A stretch of DNA of 48,769 nucleotides, counting the filler, from Sphacelaria rigidula (taxonomy: Eukaryota), in assembly GCA_964200075.2 (NCBI GenBank). It is 3 parts of 3 records of this genome, joined end to end, with 100 filler letters (N's around TTAATTAATTAA, not from the genome) between each part and the next. Parts side by side here need not be neighbours in the genome. Positions count along the whole stretch, not along the records: positions 32,584 to 48,769 come from CAXNAA020001452.1; 2 more parts are not named here. One strand, 5' to 3'. Shown piece after piece: positions 36,624 through 48,769 of this stretch (position 1 is the first letter of the stretch; each line of letters opens with the position of its first letter). Below the pieces are notes generated by a model. The model was not told where the DNA came from and did no database searches. It saw only the letters and a program-made list of their open reading frames with translations. The translations under genes were made by a program, and so were the position numbers.

Positions 36624-39200
36624 TCATAGCCAACAGTATTCGTAGTGGGCAGTCCATTCCAAACTGAGTACAACGATTGAGGTTGCAAGCTGCTTATGAA
36701 AAGCCGGCGTTTCTCTCAGTGAAAGTGGTGTGTAGAGATCTCTATGTCCATTTCTTCTTATGAAAGACACAATGTCTTCGGTGGGATCGGTGACACGTCC
36801 CATGGTGGATTCATCGATAGGTTGAGCTGGTGTGGGCAAGCGTGACAGGAAGTCGGCGCTTGCAATCTGGGGACCTGTGCGGTACTTCAGTTGAAAGTTG
36901 TAAGACGACAGGATTTCGAACCAGCGTTGGACCCTAGTGTTGTGTTCCGCCATTTTGGCAAGGCTTTGCAAAGACTTGTGATCGGTATACATCAAAAACA
37001 GGATGTCATACAAATACTGACGCAGACGTCGCACGCCCCAGACAACTGCGCCGGCCCCTTGTTCCATGACAGACCAATTCTGTTCATTCGGGAAAGTGGT
37101 GCGACTCAGATAGACAATGGGACGAACAGTAACATCGACTTGCTCCTGTTCTAATGCAGCCAAACCCAATTTTGGAAGAATCTGTGTGGAGCCGGAAAGG
37201 GCGGGAACCCTGCTCCGCGGCCGACCAGTCGAGGAAGACGAGAATAGGCGGGCGCGAAAGGGTGTCAAGGAGGCGGCGGACGGTTTTTTCCATTTCCAAT
37301 ATGAACACAAATTTCACCCCTTTTTTGAGGAGGGTGGTGAGGGGTTTTAGCTTTTGGGCAAGGTTTGGCAAGTACTGTATGTAGTAGCTTAGACCTCCCA
37401 ACAAGGAACGCAGTTGAGAAATGTCCCGTGGCATGGACATATCGGAGAGTGCGGCGACCTTGTCGAGGATTGGGCTACGACCTTCGGGGGTGATGCAATG
37501 ACCCAAGAACTCAATCTTCGTGGCGCCAATGCGGGATTTGGAGGGTGCGAGGTTCAAGTTGTGTTGTTCAAACCGATTGAAGGATGATGCCAACTGTTTG
37601 ACGTGTTCAGCCGGTGTGGAGTCGTGGCATACCGCGTCATCAAGGTACATATGGCATTTGGGCAATCCATCAGTTACACGGAACATTACACGTTGAAACG
37701 CCCCAGGAGCTCCGGCGGCACGTCGGGGTGTAACCAACCACTCGTACAAACCTGATGGCGTGCAAAACGCTGTCAGTCCAATGGAATTTGAATCCATCAC
37801 GAGCTGGTGGTAGCCGTACTGCATATCAAATTCGAAAACATTTTACCCCCGCCAAGAGAGTCAATAATGTCATCAATCCGTGGAAGTGGCAGCCGGGCGA
37901 TTTTGGTGACAGCGTCCAATCGTTGATAATTGACCGTCAGTCTGATTTTGCCATTCTCCTTACGGGCGATTACTAAAGGCGAGGACCACGGAGACGTTGA
38001 GTGCTGAATCAAACCGGCAGATAAGTAACCATCGAGAATTACCTGGATCTTATCCGCTAGGAGGGGGCTCGTACGGTACGGACGCATAGCGCTAGGCGGA
38101 GCGCCATCAGGAATCTTGATATTAAAGGGTGTCGTGGTACATCAACCTAAATCCAAGGGTGCCGTAGAAAACCGTTCAGAATATCTAATCAGGATGGATC
38201 TCAATCTATCGATTACAGTGGGTGTCCAGTCGTCGCCAGAAATATCAAACACAATATGCCGTAAGTGAGGGGGAATGTCATCCTACAACTTTTGAAAACT
38301 GGCGCGTTGTTCCGAAGAAAATCTATCCAGTAATGCAGTTGGAGTATGAGGGTCAGGCGCATCTGGTGGGTTTGTCATCACCATGGGATCAGACATGTGT
38401 AGCGGAGGAGGGCCCGTGGATTTCGGGGGGTCGGTCGGCGACTTGTTGTTCGCCGGGGGGCACACATCTGACAGGGCGGTTCGTATGAGAGGCGCTTGAG
38501 CATAACCCAACAACCGATCGTTGAGTATATCGAAACATGCAGGGGACGTGAGGTAAATGGCCTGCCTACCTTCGTGGACAAAGACTTTGGTCTGTTCAAA
38601 CGGACCAACCTGTGGTTGCTCAGGCTTGAGCGACTCGACCAAATAATGTCCTGTGCGGGCGGGCGATTCATTGCGTCTCACGAGGTTCACCTGAATTAGT
38701 TAGGGGTCACGAGAAAGCGAGACTACAGGTTCACCAACATAGTATAGACGGAAAGCATTACCGGTTTGCGTGGGGTCATCCTCGTAAGCATGAGCTCCCG
38801 AATCAGTGTCGAAGTGACCCAGAGGCAGTTTGCCTGTGACTGGATGGTTCGGGACAGGTGTGTCCGTCGTATACGTATGTCTGGAAAAACGAAGCCAACT
38901 ATCTCGTCCCAACGAAACATCAAAAGACATGGAACCGTCGGGCACCATTAGTCCCAATACGGACAACCGAGCAGTGGGAGTAGTATCCTGGTAGAATTGT
39001 ACACTTAGTCTCACCGATTGATTGACCGTAAGAGATGTGGAGGAACCAAACCCACCAAACACACGAGGGTGCACGGTCGACAGACAATGCTCGTCCGCCG
39101 CGCCCGCGTTGATCATCTGTGCGTGGTGTTTCACCCTTAATGGCCAACAGAGGGGGCGAATCGTCACTGTGCAAAGCGGGAGCAATTACATAATCCAGCT
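36624..39200 (-). pseudogene. pol: Element C protease, RT and RNase H (frameshifted)
   Basis: Protease FDVSLGRDSW. RT STSPWSSPLVI, LPRIDDI, GYHQL, TAFCTPSGLYEW and YLDD. RNase H FRLHTDSS and YTDHKSL. Confidence 0.93.
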
Positions 39201-42200
39201 TGGTCGGAACAGGGGACGATTCATCGGGGCGCGGTGTTGAGGTTGATACGCCAATCAACTCAATACCATCACTAGTCAGGGCCAACATGGGAGGTTTCGG
39301 AGATGATTCGTCAGGACGCGGGGTTGGTAAAGCTGTACTGTCCAACCCGGCGTCTATTGAAGGGGCCGACGTGGGCGAGTTAAGAGACGAGTCGTCTTGC
39401 GTGACACTTTGTTTGCCTGGTAGCGATTGAGGTGCCTTCATGACTAGGATGCGAACGTCCATCAGTCGGCGAAGTCTCTGTCCCTACAGGCGGCAACGCT
39501 CATCGGAAATGGGTTCTAACGTAGTGCACGCGGGGTGGTTAGCGAGCAGTAAGGATCTGGTCGAAATCTGGGGAGTACCGGCCTGTTCCACTCGAAATTT
39601 TTCATCTGTTTGAGCCCACACGCAATCTCTTCCTTGGAGTTCACGTGCGCTTGCTACATCAGGGTTATGTACATGATCATCTGGAGAAGCCCGCCAAGGG
39701 TGACGCGTGTAGCGCACGAAAGGGTTGGCGACTCCAGGAGCTATTGAAATGAGTTCTCGGGCAGTCGAACCTAGGTCACGCTCTTGGCGCACCACCTGAG
39801 TCGCTGTCACTTGGGCTTCCATTCCAACCTGCTAGGCGACGGAAAGCATGGGTTCTCTGCGGTTGCGACCCTTCAAGGAATAATTACGCTCATCAAATAA
39901 AAGGGAACCGGGTACCGTAGTTTTTGCGGAACTCGGTAGGGTGGTTAGCCGGGCACTTGAGCAGTTGAGGGGTGCTCGAGTGTGTGGCTTTGAGTTTCGT
40001 GTTCCCCGATGAACGGTCGGAGCAACAGTGTCTATCCTACCAGAAGATATTTCAGCTCCTGATGCGTGAGAAACTGCACTACATGACTTCCTCTCCTTCG
40101 AAAGGAGGGGATTCGAAAGAACATGATTAGTACCTGATGAATGTAAAACTGGGTGATCAAATTCAGGGTTAAAACGTTGGGTTTGGTCACTGCTCAATTG
40201 CTAGCCATGCAACGGTGCACGGGCTTCGACTGTCTTGGAACCCTTCAAGGCAGTGTCAGCATATCCAGGGAACCCACACCACATGGTTGAACCCGCGGTG
40301 GCCACCGCTGATTTGTGCGTGTGATGTGTGTGACCTGGCCGAGCGAAAACAAATGGTTGACATAAAAATGTTGGATACTTCTGCAGTGAATTACCGGTCA
40401 GTGTTCATTTCTAATTCGGGGATTGTCTCAACCAATGAGAAATCAATTACAGAAGTAGAAAATAAACAGGCTGGCGGCGGGGCTTAGGTTTTGGGCTAAG
40501 CAACGCGTCCTGGGTGATCCCGCTGTATGCTATTTGGAATCTCCGGAACTTGTAGAACGTTCCCAAAAGGTTGTCAAGTTGTGAAGTGAGCATCAATAGT
40601 GTGTGGATACCGCCCTGGCGGGGTTCAGCCGCGGCACTAGGTCCACTCATGTGAAACGTCTACAGTTTTATGACTGAGCCGGTGCATGTGATTGAAAGTG
40701 TGCGAGGTTAGGTGGGTCAGGCGGTGAATCAGTTGTCGCTTCTGGAGCGGAGCAGGCGACCGTACGAACGCAGTTGTGATTGCCAGACTTGCCAACATAG
40801 TCCAAAATGACGCGAAGCTTCCAAGTGTTTTTTTGTCAACAGCTTATATTCTTGCTCCGCCATTTCCAGAGCCTTCGTGGATTTGCGTATCGTGCGTTCT
40901 AGTTCATTCTGTTCTGTTCGCTTTTGTTCGGGGTGGACATCTACATTATGGGAGGCCTGAGCGGGCTCCTGGACCCTTGTAGATACCTGTAGGCGGGAAA
41001 ATTCCAACTCTCTGTGCTCGAGTTCCATGTGGTGTGCGAGATCGTTACTGTGGATCTGATTCCATCACGCTGTTCGTTCAGCCACTGAGAAGTTGTACCA
41101 ATGGCGCGGTGGAATGAAGGCTGGACGCTTTTGCCGAAGCCGGTCGTGTGTTTCGTCACGCGTGGGCACGTATTGTTCCAATGTGGGCGACGTTTCAAAA
41201 GCCAGAGTGGGGCGATCAGAGGATTCAGCACCGGTTTGGGTGCGGAGGTTATTGTCAGGAAAGGTTTTCGTAGCATCAGGGCTCACGTGGAGAGAGGACA
41301 TCTGAGAAGGAAGAGTGGGAATACTGTCAGCGGTTTGGGTGGCTGCTTGGTGTGTAGTGGTATGTTCACTGAGGGAGGGGGGGTGAGCATGGGGAGGACA
41401 ACTACGGTCCTCATCGAAATCGTCAGCGACATCTCTGAAAATGTGCCCTGCAAGAACGCTATCATCGTCGTCGAAACAGTCCGGTTCGTTGTTGTCAACT
41501 GTCTCACTACGCATGGTTTGGGTTGACTTGTATGGTTGTTCACCATTGTCTGTAGGGATCGCACCGTTTTTCGTGGCATCGTGCTTCGATGAAGTCGAAG
41601 GGCTGTTGATATCAGACATTGCTTGTACACCTGCGCAATTTGCGCTAGACCGGTAACGTAGTGATGCGGGGGCTGAAAAGTGAATGTTTCGTCGTGGGAG
41701 ACAGCACAGTTGTTGAAGACTGAGGCGGAGCGAACAAAAATAAAAGAATTAGAGTGGCAGGGTACTGTCGACCGTTTTCGATCGACATGTAGGGCCGCGC
41801 ACTCCGCACATGTAGCGGTCTATCACCTTTTTCATCAGGTGCAGACGAAAGGAAAACAAAATGTCGAGGGCACACAACAAACCGTATGTGTGTGTGTGTG
41901 TTGGTGGACAAAGTGTAGCAGCAAAGAGAGAAGGAAGAAAACGAAAGTTGTCACAATCGACATATAGTGGCTGTCATCAGCGCAACAGCGCATTGGACAA
42001 ACTTGCATGCCATGAAGGGATATACGCGTGGGACGCAACGAACCGCAACGTCAAACCGCTCAGTTCTGTCGTGTAAACATGTTGAGGTTGAGAAAAAAAA
42101 AAACTACCGGATGCCGTGTTTCCAGAGGCAATACCAGCGCAGCTGGCGATACTTATTACAGTACCGCGTAGTTCGCTGAAAATAGCCGAGTCGGGGGTCG

Positions 42201-44841
42201 ATGACGTATCATCGTGCAGGTAAATAGTCAATAAATGTACAAGCGCAACCGTAATACAAATATGTAGTGCAGTACAACAGCAGCGTACAAAGCACCAGAC
42301 AGCAAAATGCTGTGTGGCACAGTACAGTACCTATGATCTTTGCGTGGTGCAGCGGGGGTAGCTGGCAGTGCAGTACGATGTCAATTTGTTCGTATCACAT
42401 GAAGAAACCCCGACACAACGTTATACTCGCGTCGTGTTCATATCTACAATACAATATAGATGACTTCGTTCAGATAGTGCACAGTACCAACGTATGCTAC
42501 AGCACGGCACCTCACCGTCCGCAACATAGTGCCCGCCGAGACCATTTGGAACTCAGACGGTACTGTACTGTGGTCAGTACTTCAATTCGGAACAATATTT
42601 CAACGCGAAAGGTACGCGGCATTCTGGACGATCAAGTATGTACTGTAGTGCGTGTTGGTGGGGCGGCAATCAAACTTTAGTGTGCCCTGGTGCCGTGTGA
42701 AAGTGAAAAGAGTACAGAGTCGAGGGCTTGTGTACGAGTAACACGAGCCTCGCGCCTTGCCGTGTTCAATCATGCTCGTTTACATGCAACATCTTTAGTG
42801 CGAGTCCATCATGTCGCATCGATATAATTCGGTGCGCATGGTGGACCAACGTTCCGTGTTTGGACGAGGGAAGTCGTATGCACAGCGGGCGGGGATTGAA
42901 ATAGCCCGCGAACTCCCTACCTACAAGCCTGAATCGGCGTGTGTTGGGACACATGTCGGTCGATTCGGTTGATACAGAATCGACGGACTGTGGGCAGGAG
43001 CGCTTGCGGAGGCAGGTGATCGGGGGGGCGTTGACGAAGCTACGGGTCCGTGAGAGGCGTATCTAAACAAGGAACGTGTGAGCGGCTTTATTGTCCGGGA
43101 ACCGTCCGTGGGTGAAAAAGGACACAGAACTTCAGATCGAGTGTGCATGAAAACGCTATGCGTTCTCTGTGCAGTGTATAACGTTACCAGAGAGCACATC
43201 CGCCAGAGTGGGTTGGCTTGTACCGTCGATATGACCTGCAGGTTGCGGGGAATATGCTTGTGCAGTAAAAGAGGGCTTGCGGTTGCGTTCGTACCTGAAG
43301 CGCCCCATGGTTCGGTCGCCACTGCCTGAGACCAACGTGGGTACTGTATGACACGTCGAATCCTTGAAGCTAACTCGAGTCGGGAGGTCTGTCAAACTCC
43401 GAGTAAAAGAGAAAATAGCTGCCCAAGAAGCTGTCGAATTACCCGCGTGTGTTACACCGATGATCGTGTACACAAATATCAAGTGAAAACAAGGACTGAA
43501 ATTACAAGAGCTTGAAAAGCAAACAAACAAACGTAAGCTTGTGTTCGGCGGATGCGTGCACAGCCGCCGGCGAGAGAGAAACCCTACCGCTTGAAACAAG
43601 CTACCTCTGAAGCCCCATGAATGTCGACGTATTCGTTAGCAGAGCAAGCCACAACCCAAGATGGGTGAGTATGTGATCCACTGGTCCTGTTTTCAGCTCG
43701 TTAACTCAAACAGTAGGTTTCTCTCGCACACGGCACTCGTCAGCAGCTGACGGCTGTTATTGAAGGTAAGCACCGAGCTTCTTCAGAAAAGGAAAAGCAA
43801 ACGACACAAGAGGGATTATGGTATACGTTACTCACTTCTTGAGAATGGCTTGCCGGCCAGAAAGTGAGACGCCGCGCAGAACAGATGAAAAGCTGGTGGT
43901 CCTTCTTGTGCTTAGTTCTACGGTAAGTCTTTCTCTGGCAGGTGGATCGCAAGTGGCCGGAGGTGGGAAGCAGGGCTATATCCACTGTTTTCCCCACACC
44001 TCCTGCCTCGCTTACAATTTGCCATAATACCCTCACGAAGGCGCGTGCCTTGGGTGGGCGCGTGCCCCATACAGCCAATCGGGTACAAGCAATCCAACTA
44101 CAAAATCAGGCTGACGTGCCGTGCTGTGGCCAATCAAAGCGCCCGGAGTAACGTGCGTTATTGCCCGGCCGTAATGCGCAGACCGGTCTGTAGGTTCCTC
44201 AATCAAGGATCCAAAACACACATATCTACATTACCAATTACACATTCGCCTAGAATCTTTTCGTACCCGCCGATCGTATGTAGATCAATCGCAGTATTCC
44301 TGTACTAGTTTACTTCAGACCCTCAGTCATTTACCATCACAAATGTTCATTAAGTCCGCTGGATGGTGGTAGGTCCCCTGAAAAGCAGCTGACACTTCAA
44401 GATTGGGAAGTCTGCAGACCTGATCAGTTTGCAGCAAACAAGACCAGCTCAAGGCGTGTAAAAGTCGCGAGGAGTTTGAGAGGTAGAGTCGAGGAGGTTC
44501 GGGGGCAGTGCTAGGGCGGGCTGTGGTATCCCTCGTGCGTGAGGTGCGGGGGATTGATCAACAGCTGGCGAGCCCAAGAGCGTTCCAGAAAAAGCGGCGC
44601 AATTACGGCCTGGTGGAGCCAGCGAGGGTTGCGTGTTCCACGCCTTGCCAGGTACGGTCAGGAAGAGGAGTCTAACGACTACAAGACGTGGTGAGAACCG
44701 CGTGAGGAAGAGGCGTGTGTGGTCGTCGTTGTAAAGTGGTACAGCGCGTCTCGGTGTAAGATGAGGGCTGTTGTTCCTGTGAGTGGGAGGCGACTTCATT
44801 TTTAAAAAAAGGCGGCGTGGAGTGCTGTACTGCTGATCGAA

Positions 44842-45300
44842 ATGTTCAAGGCGCAGGAATATGTCATTGTCGATGGTCGTGTTGTTCCTGTACTGGCGCT
44901 GGAGATGCCGTACTACGGTCTCAAGTTCTCGGGCGAGAAATCGGCCGCTTTTTTTACGCAAATACGAGCAATATTTGCGAGATGTAGATCAGGTGAACGC
45001 GCGGTGAATAAATTCTCTGGAATTTGACGTTCGATGACGTTTCCGGTTTCATGCCGATAAAGAGTCGAGAGACTTGTTTTGGGCAAATATTTGAGATTTT
45101 GGCGCTAGTTATCGCTTTGTAACTCGAAGTGGTGCAAGTAGCGTGATTGCATGTTCATGATGGACGATACTTTCTTGGAATCTCTGGCGAGTTGTTCGGA
45201 AGTGGGGCAAGCTTGTATGGAGCTGTTGTCAAAAGCAGCGGAAGATATTGCCATTCTTTGCGGAAACCGACAGTACTACCAGGCACCAATGATGTCTGAG
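44842..45300 (+). pseudogene. gag N-terminal fragment of an A-related Gypsy
   Basis: PVLALEMPYYGLKFSGEKSAAF, then after a frameshift LRKYEQYLRDVDQVNA, parallels A gag PLDPPKYGEVWTEQACRVFYAKYLDYIQRLYLVNA. Confidence 0.6.
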
Positions 45301-45372
45301 TTTGTCAAGCTCTGATGTAACTACTTGTTGGTAGTAGAGAGCTTTGGGGGCGCTGTAGAATCTGGCCACTAT

Positions 45373-45603
45373 TGTTACCTAAGGTTAGGGACATTGTGTA
45401 GGTGGAGTTGCGGGTCTGATTGCCGGACTCTGTGGTGGGTGACCTCCATGACTTGAGGCTTGGTTCTGCTACTCTGGTGAAGAGAGGCTATGGCCCTGTT
45501 CTCCTGTACTATGCTGAGGGTTAATAGATGGATAACTAAAGCTGCTGAAGTCCATGTGTCTGTGGTGAGAGGAGTCCACATGGTGATCTGATCTTGAGTG
45601 ACA
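45373..45603. mobile_element. Candidate solitary LTR
   Basis: TGTTACCTAAG...CTTGAGTGACA imperfect inverted ends; no TSD. Confidence 0.45.
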
Positions 45604-45916
45604 GAAGGCAATGAAGCGGGCAACGCAAATAATGCCGGCATGGGCGTCAACGGCCGATCGCGGGGGGGTTGGACATTGCCGTCCATGACTCCAGCTGCAC
45701 CTTCATGAGTCTCCATGTCGCATAGCCGCGAAAGGATGTGGCGACACCCGAGGGGAGGGCAATATTCGGAGTACGGGACCGCTCCAGTCGTCAGCAAACC
45801 TGATCTCTCACCTGATATGTATGTTATATTAGAAATAAAAATCCAGATTTATGAAGAACGGGGGATCGTGGTTGAGATGCGGGCACATGGGTGGGATTTT
45901 TGAAAGGTGCGTTTAA

Positions 45917-47327
45917 TCCCGTGACCACGAGGGTAGGTCACCTGCTGACTCGGCATTGATTTCAGTACAAAAACGTCTGCCCGATCCAGCTGGATTGCCC
46001 GCATTGCTGTCTACGGGTTAACCCCGAGATCGCGAGGGTAGTCCATCTGGATCATGCACACTTTTTTCGAGAGAAAATGATGCCAAGTCACAAATGACCA
46101 ACTCTCTGCGTATAAGGGTTAACCCCTAACCCCTTGATGGCAAGAATAAAGAATAGGGCATATGTTGAATCGGCATCAATTTTACTCGAAGAAGGAACGC
46201 GTGATCCAGATGGACTACCCTCGCGGTCTAAGGGACGGCGAGAGTAGGTCGTCTGTTGAATCGGCATCAACTTCAGTTGTAAATAGTATGCATGATCCAG
46301 ATGTACTACCCTCGCTGTCCGAGGGTTAAACCGTGCTGCGGGTAGTCCATCTCGATGACGTATATTTTCTTCTAGTAAAAATTGATGCCGATTCAGCAGG
46401 TGACCTACCCCCCTCAGTCTAAGGGTTCAGGTGCGTGCTTCAGCGTTGAGAGCATGTCGACGAGGTTTATTCGTGCCCATAGGAGTGGGCTGTCATAAAT
46501 GAACGAGTCTAGCGATGGAAAGTTAGGTGGCGGCTGCCGCGGACCCTCCCAACGCGGTGTTGACGACAACATGTCACCGGGGTGAGTTTTCAGTCCAGCC
46601 CGTTGTTCGTGTTAAATACATCGTGGGGTGTGTGACGACCGTTTTTATCGACAAATGAAACAAATGGGAGAAGGTCTGGAATGCCCGCATTTACCTAAGG
46701 CTCTTTATCATCCACATCTACCGTTGCTGTTAGATATCCCCTCACAGATGTTGCTGGTCTCGTCGTTGCTTGCCTGCGCGGGAAAAATAAAGGCCAGGGT
46801 TATGCTACCTGTCCGTGTATGGCGTTCATAGTTGTGATAAACATATTTCTCACAACCTCTCGGTGACACGGGGGGGGAGGGGGGAAGTCGGGCTGGCTAG
46901 GACGTGATCGATAGCCTCTCTCGCGATGCTCAGCACCACACATTGGCAAAAATACTGTGTGCGGTTTCAGATAATGCACTCCCGGCCTGTCCTCTGGCTT
47001 CACAAACCAGTACAGTTAACCCTTAGACCGCGAGGGTAGTCCATCTGGATCGTGCATACATTTTTCAGGTAAAATTGATGCCGGTTCAACAGATGACATA
47101 CGGTCGCTGTCTAAGGGTTACCCTTAGACAGCGGTGCGGGTAATCCATCTGGATTTCGCGTATATTTTTCAAGTGAATATTGATGCCGATTCGGCAGGTG
47201 TCCTACCCTCGCGGTCTAGGGGTCAACCCCTATAGACGGCGGGCGCAGCCCATGTGGACGATGAATACTTTTCTGAAGTGAAAATTGATGCCGACTCAGC
47301 AGGTGACCAACCCTCGCGGTCGAAGCG
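45917..47327. mobile_element. Array of eight ~100-bp piggyBac-like MITEs joined mostly through TTAA, split by ~590 bp of unrelated DNA
   Basis: TIR consensus CCCTTAGACCGCGAGGGTAG / CTACCCTCGCGGTCTAAGGG. TTAA at 45913, 46018, 46119, 46326 and 47016. Orientations are mixed. Confidence 0.85.
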
Positions 47328-47618
47328 TTCTAGCAGCGTTTACCACTTGGGAGGGTGCTGTGGTTGATTTTCAGTGCGACTTGATTTCAGTGTGAACAGC
47401 GAAATCCGGAGCTTTCATGGGGCATTACTCCAAGCGTGCTGATAGTGCGGACAAAACGCATTTTTGTCAAAATCGTCGCCGGGGGCGCCGAGTTGAGGTC
47501 TCTAAACGCACCCTTTGCTAGTGGTGGATGTAAATGTGATTATCAGGGTCACGTTTGATGGTGTTGACTTGTCGGTTAGGCTTTCGGTTATGCCCCTGTA
47601 AACGGGACGTTTTATGCT

Positions 47619-48530
47619 CAACACTATGTTCGTGAGATTCAGAGTGTAGTTTCAGATTCAGAGCCAGGATTATAAACGGAAGAACTGTTTTCTTCGTGGC
47701 CGATTCCTTTGCGAAACAGTTCGAAGGATTTCAAACGAAAGAACTGTTTTCTTTGTAATTATCATTATTTCCGCACATAAGTCCGATCTCGCGAACCCGT
47801 GGTCACAGACGTAGGCTCGCCTTTCCAATACCGTCCTTGCTATTCCACCGAACACATTACCAAGATAAATAAAAAATAAAAAATAAGAAGAGCGACGCCA
47901 CGAAAACCGGTGAGAAGTAGCTCCCCCGAGTTCAACGGGGAGAGAAAAGAAAGAAAGAAAAACAAGGAAACAAAAAACAAAAGCCAGATCTGTCAAACAT
48001 GTACACCGAAAGAAAGTAAGAGAAATAATAAAGGACAAAACAGGGAAATACAGGTGACACACGGAGAGTAGTATGGCCACCATGTTAGGGGTTCAGCTCG
48101 AAAAACAAAAAAACAAAAACAACCCCAGGCACCCACATATACGACTACCACAGATGTTCGGAGAAAGAGCAGCAGCGAGTGTACTGCTCGAATGGACTAC
48201 AGGTTACTCTTTAGAGGTCCTCGGTCGGCATCGGGGGACCTCCTTCGCTTGACGTGCTTCGATCCAAGCTGTCGTATATGAACTAGCCCCCTCCTCTAAA
48301 ACTCGAGGCCACTCGGACACATTGTGATCGATTCTTGTGCGAAACAGTTCGCGTCACTAATCAACCAATCCGAGTAATGAACGTGCGTGTTTTCACAGCC
48401 TCCAATGTTGGTTGGTTAGTGACGCGAACTGTTTCGCATAAGAATCGGCCACGAAGAAAACAGTTTTTTCCGTGTGAAATCCTGGCTCTGAATCTGAAAC
48501 TACACCCTGAATCTCACGAATATAGTGTTG
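47619..48530. mobile_element. Palindromic MITE interrupted by a ~600-bp insertion
   Basis: 47619-47723 is the reverse complement of ~48425-48530. gattc..tgcgaaacagttcg is repeated at 47702 and 48330, flanking the insert. Confidence 0.75.
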
Positions 48531-48769
48531 TTCCCGTTGGAGGTGTAAAAAACAAAGTCTTTCTTGTTCGACAGTCGTTAACCCTATTGGGACCGGACTT
48601 CGAGAACGACCAATGAGGCTGATCGGGAATGACGTGTCTGGCGTCAGCACGAAACAGGGCCGTGTTGCTGAAACCCCGCGTATGTAACCTCATGGTTGTT
48701 ATGACCAAGACCGAAAGTTTCATCCAATCTGTTTTCATGTGCAGGGTGCGCATTAGGTTGTGTGCATCT

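Larger units (their letters stand above)
33916..41619 (-). mobile_element. Ty3/Gypsy retrotransposon C internal region (decayed; LTRs not delimited)
   Basis: Long broken N-terminal ORFs (39200-41619), then PR-RT-RH-IN order on the minus strand. Confidence 0.9.

Noticed and set aside
41990-42250. 5' LTR and PBS of element C (..catgcca|tgaaggg)
   Set aside because: No matching second LTR found near 32600-33850, possibly lost in the gap.

Overview
Eukaryotic, repeat-dense window, most likely from a brown alga (Phaeophyceae). That assignment is inferred from 72-bp phase-1 LRR exons, the LINE/SINE and LTR element styles, and TTAGGG tracts. Bases ~220-16190 form a three-level LTR nest. A minus-strand Copia remnant is split by a decayed chromodomain Ty3/Gypsy (element A, 1317-14835). 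A is in turn split inside its chromodomain by a non-coding LTR element (B, 6593-14419, TSD GGTG) whose two LTRs share their 5' part but have unrelated 3' parts. Next come a deleted hAT element and three exons of an LRR gene (an N-cap exon plus two 72-bp exons). The introns and downstream region hold MITEs, SINEs, telomere-like tracts and a decayed plastid-type tRNA-Gly. A decayed minus-strand Gypsy (C, ~33900-41620) has an integrase ending in a chromodomain followed by a PWWP/Tudor-like motif. The window ends with a TTAA-joined array of ~100-bp piggyBac-like MITEs and a palindromic MITE. The two 100-nt N spacers are assembly artefacts. All identities are by-eye estimates; no searches were run.
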